A stretch of DNA of 58,620 bases, counting the filler, from Sphacelaria rigidula (Eukaryota): assembly GCA_964200075.2 (NCBI GenBank). It is 8 parts of 8 records of this genome, joined end to end, with 100 filler letters (N's around TTAATTAATTAA, not from the genome) between each part and the next. Parts side by side here need not be neighbours in the genome. Positions count along the whole stretch, not along the records: positions 1 to 7,241 come from CAXNAA020015807.1; positions 7,342 to 14,582 come from CAXNAA020015808.1; 6 more parts are not named here. One strand, written 5' to 3'. A program made the translations under genes and the position numbers. Under the pieces are notes generated by a model that saw only the letters and a list, made by a program, of their open reading frames with translations, made no database searches and was not told the origin of the DNA. Positions 1-11,164 of the stretch are shown piece by piece (position 1 is the stretch's first letter; each line of letters starts with the position of its first letter).

Positions 1-310
1 CACCAAGCGCGAAGCGCCGTGGTGTATTCAACGAGTCGCATGAAGGGTGAGCTGCATCCGGCTAAGATTGTTCCGCCCGAGACCTACTGATGATCTTGCA
101 TTTGGATGACAGCTTACATTCAGTTGCTTTATTCTATGGTATTGACAGTTCCAGAGACAGCCACGGCTTATACACTGCCTCCTGGGTGTCTCACCATGGA
201 TCCACCACGTAGTACGATCATCCCCATTGTGCGGAGTTGAGGTTTTCCCACGCCGCACAACATGATCTAGCTCGACTACCATCATGGTTACCGGGAAAAA
301 AAACGCAAGC
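1..310 (-). repeat. Dispersed repeat; second copy at about 45375-45690 (+)
   Basis: Reverse complement of 1-310 aligns with 45400-45686, e.g. GGATGCAGCTCACCCTTCATGCGACTCG...CACGGCGCTTC(G/A)CGCTTGGTG. Confidence 0.85.
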
Positions 311-1551
311 ACGTCAAAAAAAGACAGTAACCTGGTTGCCTAGCTTATGCAGTGAGTGGCGTGTTTTACAGCGTCATCGCCAACCAACGCCAACCCCATC
401 GGGGGTCCGCCCCTACAAATCCGGGACTGGAGCTGATCACCTAGTTTTACCTCCAAGTAGTACTAATCGTAGCCGGATGGGTCCTTTCTCCTCGTGGGAT
501 CGGCCCTCAAATAGCTTTACACCTCCCGCCCCCGAGGTAGGTACACCTTTTGGCGCGGTTGCTGTTACCCCTGCGACCGTTCATCGTAGGGTAATAAGAT
601 CAAGGCCACACACCCCGAACAGGCTTAGGTGCCAAGCCGAGCCCTGTTACACCCACGAACGACATGGGGTCGGTGCCCGGTCCCCTTTTATTTGGTGAGC
701 GTAATTTCTCGTGCATGAAGCGCAACCGTGTCGAACCCTGGCTTTCTGTCGCTCAGCGGGTTGGGAAGGAACCCCAAGTGACAGCGCCGGTCGAGCGCCA
801 CGAGCGTGACCGAGGGTGGACTGTCCTTGGCCAATTCCCAATAGCCTCCGGAGCAGCCGAACCTTTGGTGCGCTCTACGCGTTACCCTCGGCGGGCTCCT
901 CCGGATGGCCCAGTAAATATCCCTGATGACGCAGTTGCACCCGTCCACCGAGATCGTGACCGGGTGCGGGTTTCATTAGATGAGGGCGATACTGTCGACC
1001 AGGCCGGTGTTTTCCAGACTTCGAACAGATCAACACTGCTCCCTGCCGACCCCTCACACACTATGTTGGAACCCACCACAAAAATAGCGTTGTCATTTCT
1101 TGGGTCAGATACCTCGCTGCCAATTGGGCGTTCGTCTTCTTGCCATGAGAACACCCCGTCTGAGCGTAGTGCCCGACGACCCGTCCACGCCTGACCGTTC
1201 GCCCCCTATTTTACCAACGTTGGCCGCAACTAACACGGGTAGCGAATTGATGAGTGTAGCCAAATCGTCTTCGCCCTTTGCCGCGACGTCCCGTCGTTTA
1301 CACATACTAGATGCTGTAACCTCGCCAGCTTCGCAAACTGACGCTTCACTCCTTGTTGCGGCCGACCAAGGTATCCCAAACCAAACGCAACAGTTGTCGC
1401 GGCCAGCCACGACAACTGCCCTTCCCAGGCATCGTCCATCCCTTACAGTATACGAAATTCAACACTCGACAGATTCCACATCCACTGCAAAAGACACTCC
1501 GTGCCCCGCCCACCTTCGGCCAGGAATCGTGCTCCGAAGCATAATTAGCGT

Positions 1552-3080
1552 GTGTATTTCAGCGCAGCCGCTCACAATCACAAGCACGGTTTGTCCACAG
1601 ATTTCTTGCCCGAACTTGGACCGGATCTAGTCAGCGGTACTGCAATCATGGATAATGCCTCCTTCACAACGGAAATAGGTGTACATAGTGGGATGCATGC
1701 AACGTGCCCTTTATTGGCTCTTGTATTGCCCGATTCAGGCTCGCCTCAAACGTTCATCACCACCAGCTGCTGGAAACAAATGATCAAAGCGGGGGCTGCG
1801 GACACGCATCGCGTTTCTACGGTTTCCCCTCGTGTGTTCGGCGGGTTTGGTGCCCCCACTTCACTTACGGTTGATCGATCAGTGACACTTAGTTTGCAAT
1901 TTTTCGATGACACGGGTCCGACTGCTCGAATATCCGTGTGGGCACTTTTAGTGCCCGATTGTTCCATGTCGGTTGATGTTTTGCTGGGGCGAGATAGTTG
2001 GCTACGGTTTTCTACTCATACATACACGTCGGACACACCTATTTTGCACCATCCCAAGACTCGCAGATTGAAACTGGGATATCACGACACTGCTTCGGGG
2101 GCTATGCCTATGTCGATGATCCAACACAAACAGGTGACGCTTTCCGACTGTACTATGTTGGCGAAAACGTAGCCTCATTGTCCCCTGAATCCCAACTCAT
2201 ACATGTGAACCATGTGAGACGGGACGGATCCTCCGCCCTCACTGGACAATACTTGGTCGAATTCATCAACCTCAATCAATCAGCTGATGATGTCGGCGCC
2301 TTTGACTAGACCGAAGTATTCGTTCACGAAGATAGACAATCCATCCTTCTCACGCCCTCTGCATTTTTCGAAATACTTCCCGACCAGTTGTTGGGTTTTG
2401 CTCAGGCGCCCCTCCTTCGGACAGCAAACGTGTGCCCTCCTACGTGTGTCTGGCGACCGAACGGAAAGCGGCACCAGACACCTCAATCAACGCGGACTCT
2501 CCGCCATTAGATAAGACTTGCCCTATGGTAGTGGACGAAGTTAGACAAGACTTGCCCGATGGTAGTGGACGATGCGTCTAGCGCACCTGACCCAAACCCC
2601 CCAACTGCATTACTAGATAGATTATCCCCAGAGCAACGTGTTAGTGTTTAACGTTTATGGGACGATATCCCCCTACATTTGCGACACATTGTTTTCGATC
2701 CATCTGGTGAGGGTTGGACTTCCGCGGTGATCGATAGGCTGCGCTCCATTTTGATGAGAGATTCTGAACGGTTCTTCAAGGCGCCCCTAGATCTGGGCCG
2801 CTGCACCACTACACCGTTCAAGATCAAAATTCCTAATGGCACGCCACCTATCGCTACGCGTCCGCACTGCACAAAACCCCTCTTAGCGGATAAAATTCAG
2901 GTAATCCTCCATGGATGCTTATCCGCCGGTTTAATATGGCACTCCACGTCCTCGCGGGCCTCGCCGCTTGTTGTCGTCAGGAAGAAGAACGGTGAGATCA
3001 GACTGACAGTCAAACACCAACTATTGAACGCAGTCACCAAAATCGCACGTCTACCTTTTCCCCGGATAGATGAAATTATT
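1552..3080 (+). mobile_element. Decayed Ty3/Gypsy LTR-retrotransposon pol fragment (aspartic protease and start of RT)
   Basis: Protease motifs ALVLPDSGSPQTFI and VDVLLGRDSWLRF (1552-2172). RT N-terminal motifs TPFKIKIPNGTPPI..SRASPLVVVRKKNGEIRLTV..LNAVT..PFPRIDEII (2679-3080). Frameshifts and stops; cut at 3081 by a TIR element. Confidence 0.9.
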
Positions 3081-3656
3081 CAACGTTGTGTTCTGTAGGA
3101 GACGGTATTCTGTATACCCGGGGTACGTTGTCGGGTATTTACCGTACCCGACAGTTCTGTGGCTTCTGTAAGACTTTCACACCGGTACCTGACAGTTCTG
3201 TAATCTCTGTAAGACTCCCGTACCGTTACCGGGGGGCACGGGTACGCTATTGATGAGATACCTGATTGCGGGTACGTTTTTCTGTGTAACCTCCATACCC
3301 TACCCGACAGTTTCTGTGAGTTCTGTTACCCTCCCATACCCTTACCCGACAGACCTGTGAGTTCTGTACACAATGTTTACCCGTACCTGGAGCGCGGGTA
3401 TGCTCTTGAAGAAATACTCGATTGCCGGTACCGGTTTTCTGTAAGCCTCCCATACCGCACCCGACAAGTTTTGTAATCTCTGTAAGATTTTCATTCAGTA
3501 CCGGTACCTGACAGTTCTGTGAGCTCTGCAAGCCTCCCATACCCCTACCCGGGGTTAGGGTATACCGTTATAGATATACCCGATTGTAGGTATGAGCACA
3601 GGTATATACCTTGGGGAGGTATGGATGGATATAGGTTCAATCCAAACACAACCTCA
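3081..3656. mobile_element. Non-autonomous TIR element with internal TACCCGACAGTTCTGT tandem repeats (copy 1)
   Basis: Starts CAACGTTGTGTTCTGTAGG and ends AAACACAACCTCA; co-linear with 4253-4790. Confidence 0.7.
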
Positions 3657-4252
3657 TGACCTGGACATGTACCTCCCATCAATCAACCCACCCAGCTCCT
3701 TCATTCAAAACTGCACACCAACAATAATTCAATTTTGAAAAGTTCTTTAGTTTGGGATCTGACGGGATACGAGGTACCGCTGAGTGGAAACACGACAGCC
3801 CTGCAGATCGTCCGGATGGATCACCCCCAGACTCGAGTGGTGGCTCGAGCGGGGATGGTTCATCTGCGCCACCAAGGGATCAAGTAGCCAGACGCACGTC
3901 ATCGACGTTGATGATGCTTGTGTCGTGGTTATAGAACCCCAGGCCGTTATCGACAAGTACAGCAAAAAGTGTGAGTTGCCACCGAAAGCCGTCGAGACCG
4001 TCGGCGATTTTGTCGCGTGCCGAAGGGCTTCCAGAGAACGGGCAGCCGTGAGTGCTCCTCCATGTGCTCTCTGGGAGTGTACGTGGAGCCGATAGATGTT
4101 GACAATCCCGTGCACATATGCTGCTGCGATTGTTCGTGTAGTCTTTCTCTATCAACCCCGTGGAGCCGTTCAGAGTTTTCGTGAACTGTCATATTCTGTA
4201 TTCCGCCACTGTTGTAATGACGTAGGTCCCACCACGGGGGTGATGATAATAC

Positions 4253-4790
4253 CAAGGTCGTGTTTTGTAGGGTACGATTTTCTGTATACAGGGGATATTT
4301 TGTCGGGTATTTACCGTACCCGACAGTTCTGTAAACTCTGTAAGACCTTCATACTCGTACCCGACAGTTCTGTGAGTTCTGTAGGCCTCCCGTACCGTTA
4401 CTGGGGGGCACGGGTATGCTCTTGATAAGATACCCGGTTGCGGGTACGGTTTTCTGTGCAACCTCCATACCGTACTCGACAGTTTCTGTGAGCCCTGTAA
4501 GCCTCCCATACCCCTTACTCGACACTTCTGTGAGTTCTATACAAAAATTTTACTCTAACCCGAGGGGCGGGTATGCCCTAGAAGAGTTACCAGATTGCCG
4601 GTACCGGTTCTCTGTAAGCCTCCCATACCGTACCCGACAAGTTCTGTAATTTCTGTAAGACTTTCATACCGGTACCCGACACTTCTGTAAACTCTGTAAG
4701 CTTCCATACCGGTACCCGACACTTCTGTAAGTTTTGTAAGGAATCTCATACCCTACAGAACGTGCCCGCACCTTACAAAACACAACCTTG
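4253..4790. mobile_element. Non-autonomous TIR element (hAT-like CAAGG ends) with internal tandem repeats (copy 2)
   Basis: TIRs CAAGGTCGTGTTTTGTAGGGT ... ACCTTACAAAACACAACCTTG; interior is ~30-40-nt repeats of (G)TACCCGACA(G/C)TTCTGTRA; no clear TSD. Confidence 0.75.
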
Positions 4791-4883
4791 CAAAAGTTAT
4801 CCACAAATTATAAAATCCCGTATTAAATGGGTTTATGAAACATATAATAGCACAAGATTGTAATGATAGCAAGCCATACTCAC

Positions 4884-5010
4884 AGTGATTATCCTCGAGG
4901 ATGTTATTGGTCACCGTGGTGAATTTGGTCTCGTGAATAGATATTCCCGTGTTGGCATTGTCGTGTACCCAGTTATCCATGATCTCTCCGAAGTCACAAG
5001 ATCGATGGAG
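4884..5010 (-). CDS. Mannuronan C5-epimerase (AlgG-like right-handed beta-helix), internal exon
   Basis: ccgcag| LHRSCDFGEIMDNWVHDNANTGISIHETKFTTVTNNILEDNH |gtgagt; 127 nt; joins in frame to exon 5746-5818 to give the GIMLHRS motif of brown algal ManC5-epimerases. Confidence 0.88.
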
Positions 5011-5745
5011 CTGCGGGACAACGCGCGGGGCAATGCGGACAGATTATCGACAGCGGGATAATGCGAACGAAATACCAATAGCGAGGTAATGGGGAAAATG
5101 TCAAGAGTGCGTGGGGTAATGCGGACAAATCATCAATAAAGACGCGGCGAAATTCAGAGCTATTTGGTTGCCAGTCGCGACTAATACATGCTGCAATAAA
5201 TGCTTCTTTCCGGCGGTTTTCACGGCGGCATCGTAGGGATGCACTTTTTTTTCCGAGGCTCTTTGCTGTAGGAGCCTCTTGATGACGAATATCTGGGCCT
5301 TAGTGTGTAGCCTCGGGAAACTTTCGGACTGAAAAGCGCACCTCTATCATGGCATTACTCATCATTCAACCGGTCGCCCATACATGTATTTAGGATAAAT
5401 TGGCTTTTCTTCTTTTTTTTTTCCCCACCATGACACGACAGAAGAGACACATCTGCCTGTGCAGTACGTACCTAGCAGCTACGGGGTGTGTACCAGAAGA
5501 GAGTTTCGACCCGTTTGTTGGAACAACGAAGCATATTTGGGTATGCAAACCGTAGAAGAATTTACGAACCCTGGTTTCTGCACCCCCTGGACACCACAAG
5601 ACAAGCTGCACACTCTAATACCCGGCAGGAAAAAAACGCCAACATCGGCATCATGCATGGGTACAACCACCGTCACAATCAGACCCCCTCGCAGTCTCCC
5701 TAACCGACCAAGAACAGAGGGGCGGGGGGAGTTGCCATGTCTCAC

Positions 5746-5818
5746 CATTATGCCGTTTTCTCCGTTGTCGTGCACGTGGTTGCCGACGATGGACACATTG
5801 TTGCACCTCTTCGACGCG
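5746..5818 (-). CDS. Mannuronan C5-epimerase, internal exon
   Basis: acccag| (I)ASKRCNNVSIVGNHVHDNGENGIM |gtgaga; 73 nt; the IASKRCNNVSI motif is typical of brown algal ManC5-E. Confidence 0.88.
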
Positions 5819-5912
5819 CTGGGTACACGTGTGTATATATAACAATATATGCAGCGGCACAATATATAGGGGTTACAGTGCGTGGCAGGGCGGGAACTGA
5901 AACACGCGAAGT

Positions 5913-6214
5913 GACTGCTGCCGAGATAGCCCCCCCCCCCCGAACCGGCCAAAAAAGTGCACGGAGGCGATGATCATAAATGCCCTTAGCGNNNNNNNNN
6001 NAAGTGTACGGAGGCGATGATCATAAATGCCGTTAGAGCTGATTTCGTGCTGCACGACGCGACTCATTTGGGCGTTATGGCTAATTTCGGACTCCTACAC
6101 GCCTCTCATTTGGGCGAAATTGCTGCAAACGAGCCCAAAAGTGGGATCACAGCCGGTTTGTCCGACGGTCTCCGGTGCACTTTTTATGGGGGGGGGGCTA
6201 TCTCGGCATTAGTC
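5913..6214. mobile_element. MITE, 4-bp-TSD family B (TIR GACTAATGCCGAGATAGCCCCCCC), in the epimerase intron; contains a 10-N gap
   Basis: Ends GACTGCTGCCGAGATAGCCCCC ... GGGGGCTATCTCGGCATTAGTC; flanks AAGT/AGGT. Further right ends at 8118-8144 and, degenerate, at about 7790-7808. Confidence 0.8.
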
Positions 6215-6559
6215 AGGTGATCAAAAAGGGCGAGACTGGAAAAAAAACAGACGCACGGACAAACAAAAACAAATGGTCATCTCCTTTGAAATATGGTAGA
6301 TCAGGCGAAGATCATGCACACGAGTGCGATTACAACCGGAAAAGCACAGGACGAAGGGATGAACCCCAGCGGATGAAGCTTGCACGGTTCGGATGAATCA
6401 TCGCCGGGTCGAGTAGCCAAATTTTCGATTTCTTAGGCCTGATTGCTCGAAAGAGAGATGTCAAGCAGGTCTCCACGCAACTTTCGCGTCATTCCACATG
6501 CCTGGGCTGCGCGTACCCGGGTCGCAACGCTGAAAAAAAGCCCAAGGATTGATTCGTGC

Positions 6560-7241
6560 GGTACGAATCAATTACACGAAAATCAAGCAATTTCCGGACG
6601 AATCACTAATTTATCCGACCCTTGAAAAATCGAAACCAACGGGAGAATTCGCATCTTGTCTCGGCATACAGCAAACTCAAATGTGCAACAAAAGAACAAC
6701 CATAACAGGCGAGTGTTGGCCTTACCTACAATTATTAGTTCATCTTTAATTTCATTCTGGAAAATGGCCCTACAGCAGTTTCAGCGGACTGGTATACGAT
6801 AAGCCTCACATGGCAGTCGAACGCGTATCTTAGGTGTGGGACTCCAAGAGAAGAGTACAGCGCTTTCTAAGCACAGTGGAGCATGACAAATGAATGGTAT
6901 GATTAATGAATGCACTCGGTGCTCACATGAAGCACTGTACCGTGCAGGATAGCCTCCTCACTCTCTGGCAGAAATTTCGGAGACTACGATTTATCGTTTT
7001 CATCACTACGGTGGAACATGACCAACACTGCCTTACTTCCTACTGCTATAGGAAAACTCCACAAATGTTGAAACAAACGTGTTGCAAGACCAAAATTGTT
7101 CTCATTTTTTGTTCTTGTAACAGTAGAACATGACCACTATCAAAACATAGGTGTTCCTAGACGATGTGTTCAACGTTTCGAGGGTCGGACGAATAATGAT
7201 TCGTCTGAAAATTACTGGGTTTTAGTATAATGAGTCGACTC
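6560..7241. repeat. Long-TIR dispersed repeat (inverted pair 6560-6627 / 7177-7241); related ends at 36515-36602 and 36740-36777
   Basis: GACGAATCACTAATTTATCCGACCCTTGAAA versus TTTCGAGGGTCGGACGAATAATGATTCGTC; 36520-36585 resembles 7177-7241. Confidence 0.65.
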
Positions 7242-7341
7242 NNNNNNNNNNNNNNNNNNNNNNNNNNNNNNNNNNNNNNNNNNNNTTAATTAATTAANNN
7301 NNNNNNNNNNNNNNNNNNNNNNNNNNNNNNNNNNNNNNNNN
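7242..7341. other. Artificial scaffold-joining spacer N44-TTAATTAATTAA-N44 (also at 14583-14682, 21923-22022, 29263-29362, 36603-36702, 43943-44042, 51282-51381)
   Basis: Identical 100-nt block with stops in all six frames; the segments between blocks are 7241, 7241, 7240, 7240, 7240, 7240, 7239 and 7239 nt, i.e. length-sorted scaffolds. Confidence 0.98.
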
Positions 7342-8869
7342 AGATAAGGGGCTCCTAACAATTCTAATCTCGGAAATTATTTATGTACCCCTACCGTAGC
7401 ATCACTCATAGATAGACCGTTACTACCTTATCACATCTGCGTTTTCTACGTTTCGTGATTTAGGTACCCTCCTCTCGTCTCTTTGATTCCTGCAGCATGG
7501 GCTATGTGTCGACAACCTGGTACGCGCAACCAATGCCCGCCGGGTGAGTGCTGTTGCAGGTGTTGAGGAAAAATATTCTCGGCGCGACTATCAATGTGAC
7601 TTATCCGATTTCGAAGCCAGTTACAGGCGGTTCCTGGCGGGATTGCTGGCCCTTAGCAAAAGCGATAGCGAGCTCAAAGAAAAGGATCCTGAACCAGCAA
7701 CGGGGCCCCAAAGGACCAGATCGATATATGGCGAAAACGCGCCATCTCCCCCATTGTTGGACGGTCTCCGGTGCACCTGTTTGTGGGTGGGGCTATCGCA
7801 GCATCATCAAATGCTGCATAATCAGAAGTTTTTTCATAACTCCTAGATAAAGTTGGCATCCTCTCCTCTTCTTGTCTATTTCTTCATGTGCCATGTACTG
7901 CTGTATGTGTTGTCCGAAAACATCTTCAGTACGTAACCCCGGCGTGACTGATAACCAGCCACAACTGATTCCTGTCATAAATCTGGTTCTTCGAAGAAGC
8001 AATACAGAGCACTGAAAAATGTTTATCAAACCAACGAAAGGGTCCAAAAGGACTAGGTCGACGTCGAGTGGAAACACGTCATTCGCCGGTTTGTAGGACG
8101 GGCTCGGGATCACTTTTTGTGGGGGGGCTATCTCAGCATTAGTCATCGATGTACAATATCGGACGACCTATGGACTGACCGGCGTCCTGCGACTATGCAG
8201 CCCCGGGTCTTCACATTTTGTCGTTTTCGTTCGATTTAAACAATGTCGATCAATTTCGTGGAGCAAATGCTGGGCAGTGTTACTATAGTCTACTGTTCGT
8301 CGCCCCCAATAGCCGGGAAAACGTGTTCATGAGACCACTGATGGTCGATGACATCCACCTTATACACGGCATTCGTACTCCATATCACCTCGATAAGACG
8401 GGGCGAAAGGTAGAGTCCCGAGCACCAAATATTGAGTGATGCTACGGTTGGGGTGCGCGAATGTTTCTGAGATTAGAATTGTTCGGAGTTATGAAATATG
8501 TGAGAGCACGCCAGGATTACTGTTTCAATGTGCTGGGGACATCCCAAATAAAATTTGCAAGCGGGGATACCCCGACCCACATTCTTGTGCATCTGGAATG
8601 GTTACGAGCCCCTGAACCAGACAAGATTTTGCGAAAAAGTCCACCCCTACCGTAGCATTGCTCTGTTACAGACTCTTGTAATTTTCTGTAGCTGTTTACT
8701 GCGCGAGATATGGAAGTAAGTAAGTGTCGTTGATCAAAAATGGCCCAAAACACCCCTGTAGGTTATACGGAATTAAGAATTTCAGTTCCTGTTTAGGCGA
8801 CGTTTTCTCGTGGAATACATGTGACAAAATGACATCAATTATCTCTACATTGAGTGTTACCTTTCCAAT

Positions 8870-9137
8870 CAAACCGGGGCACTTCCGAATCCATACAGAT
8901 CTGCGCGCAAAATCTGTACGGGTTCGGGATTTTCCGGGGTTCAACATGAGCCTGGCATGCCAAAAGTCAACGTCCAGAGAATCGGAGATTTGATATGGTC
9001 TTCTCCCAGCTAGCCGCAAAACATTGCCCGTAGTATCTAAGTCCTCAAAATCAAACCACGGGACAAAATCGCCTGCAGACGGTCTGAAATCATCACGTCT
9101 GTACGAACACAGATCAGTGTCCATGAAAAAATGGCTC
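8870..9137. mobile_element. Diverged partial copy of the Harbinger-type foldback MITE family (central hairpin and right arm)
   Basis: AAAAGTCAACGTCCAGAG...CAGCTAGCC.CAAAACATTGCCC...CCACGGGA.AAAATCGCCT matches the right arms of 15856-16889 and 18327-18689. Confidence 0.65.
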
Positions 9138-10578
9138 AAGTCCTGCAACGATAAGCGGAAAGGTTTCATTTTGTTTCGGGATGTGGAACGGGCGCGTAGT
9201 ATCTGCCCATCCCCACACCTTGAGGTCGAGCGTTCAGTGCAATAAACAACGACACGCTAGGGAAGCTGTTGAAGATCGCCGAGTCGGATAATACGCCATA
9301 AATATCCTGATGTAGACCGAAATGGCTGCACGAGCTGGGCCAGCCTGAAAACGGATCTAAGCTCTCACAGTTCTCGTGCGGAAGATCTCCACAACATCCA
9401 AGTTTTTTGTGTGGGAATGTCTATTATTGCTTTTGATCATACAGAATGCCTTGAGTAAGCGGCGAACACAAACAATCTTGACTTCTCTTGTTGGCGTAAC
9501 GCTTCATACGTGCGGAGATGGAATGTAACTCAAGTTTATTCGGAACCACAATCGGCGCGACTAGCGAATGATGACTGTCGGCGTCAATGTCTTCCTGCAG
9601 CAAGGGCGAAGGATCGATACCCGCGCTTGCAATTAACTCCTTTATTTTTCCCCCGGGATATGGCGTTCATATTTTTTCACAGTTGGCTCAACATCTCACG
9701 TGCACGCACACAACACGTACTAATTTCATTTTCGAGTGTCAGAAAAGTGGCGGTTCTTTCAACTCTGGTAGGGGATGGTGGAGGCAATATGTTAAGGGAG
9801 GGTTGAGAGGGGCATGTTCACCACGCCCTAGCGATTCTCCAGATAGCATGTCGAAGAACAATCACAAAAACGGGGGTGGTGGATGGCCTACATAAAACCG
9901 TTTCGAAAATCGGCATGTCCACACTGTGAAGCGCCCATCATCATCCCCATCTTGAGGTTCAGATTCTCACATTTGGCATGGAGAATGAAGAGAGCTTGAC
10001 AATATATACATATACATTGCTAATTGTTTCACGACTTTCGGATATTGTCGTGAAGAAGGGATCTGGCGTCGCCTCACTCATGGCGAAACGAAGTGTTTAT
10101 AGAAGAATACGGTAGCAGTGGAGACCGTTGTACTCCTCTTGGCAGCTCAGAAGTACAACGCAGGTGTCTGAACACGAATGTATATCTATTATTACTTATC
10201 CATGTAGCAGATCGCAAACAAACAGACACAACGTCCCACACGGGGAGAACCTCACGAAGACAAGTGAAGAGAAGTGATGAAGAGTGAGACCATGTGGGAT
10301 GGTCACAACAAAGATCGCTACGCTACTTTCCTACCTTCTCGAACAATCAATCGGTATTCCCATATTAGGAATCTTTCTCGCGAACTCTCACTGTCGCATG
10401 CTCCGTCAAATCTAGGAACCGTATCTAACCGCCAAATCTATTGATCTGGCGAGTTCTTGACTGACCTGCGACTACTAGTCAATGATATCTTTCCAGAACA
10501 ACCTTCACATCACAGGATTCTCGAAGGCTGTACAATAACTCCAACCGTTTCCTATTGCCCCGCATAATGTCCCGCCCG

Positions 10579-11164
10579 TTACTCAGTGAACAAGCCTCCG
10601 TATTTCAGCTTTATGCTACTGAACATTGACTCACATATGTTATGCAACATGAAATTCTTGACAGTCTTCATATCCCGAACTGTTTCAGCTATCGCGCGGT
10701 GCCCATACTGTACGTCGAATTTGGAATCCGACCCTCGAGTGTGAAGTAAGCATGGACCTGCACCGCGCACATCCAGTCCGAGGCTGGCTTACCTCGGGAG
10801 CGTATATTGCCCCGAAGAAAAGACTGCGCCACTACACCCCGGAATCTTCAGATGGCAGCAGTTAATTTTCTTCCCACAACTTTTTTCTGAACAATATTGG
10901 AGCCGACACAGAATATGCAACACGGAACTGCCAGGTTCTGGTCGACGTGACCGTTTGATGATGGAAACACAATCGTAAAAATAATCGCAACCGGATAACG
11001 AAACTGTGTCCACGAAGCGTGCCAGCAACCGTGGCCAGTAATTTCAAGGTGCAAACACCTGCCTCGCCCTCTTTACCGGCGTGAAATGACCGTGCAGGAC
11101 CAACGAAGCAATTTTCTACGTGTGTTTCACCTCTTGGACATAGCAAGTGGCACCAGGCGGCCAA
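10579..11164 (-). pseudogene. Highly degraded Mutator (MULE) transposase core remnant
   Basis: Across frameshifts it reads FRYPVAIIFTD...VLHILCR..IVQK...NICESMFSSIK, resembling the MULE IFTD, HxLCxxH and ESxxSxIK motifs. Confidence 0.4.
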
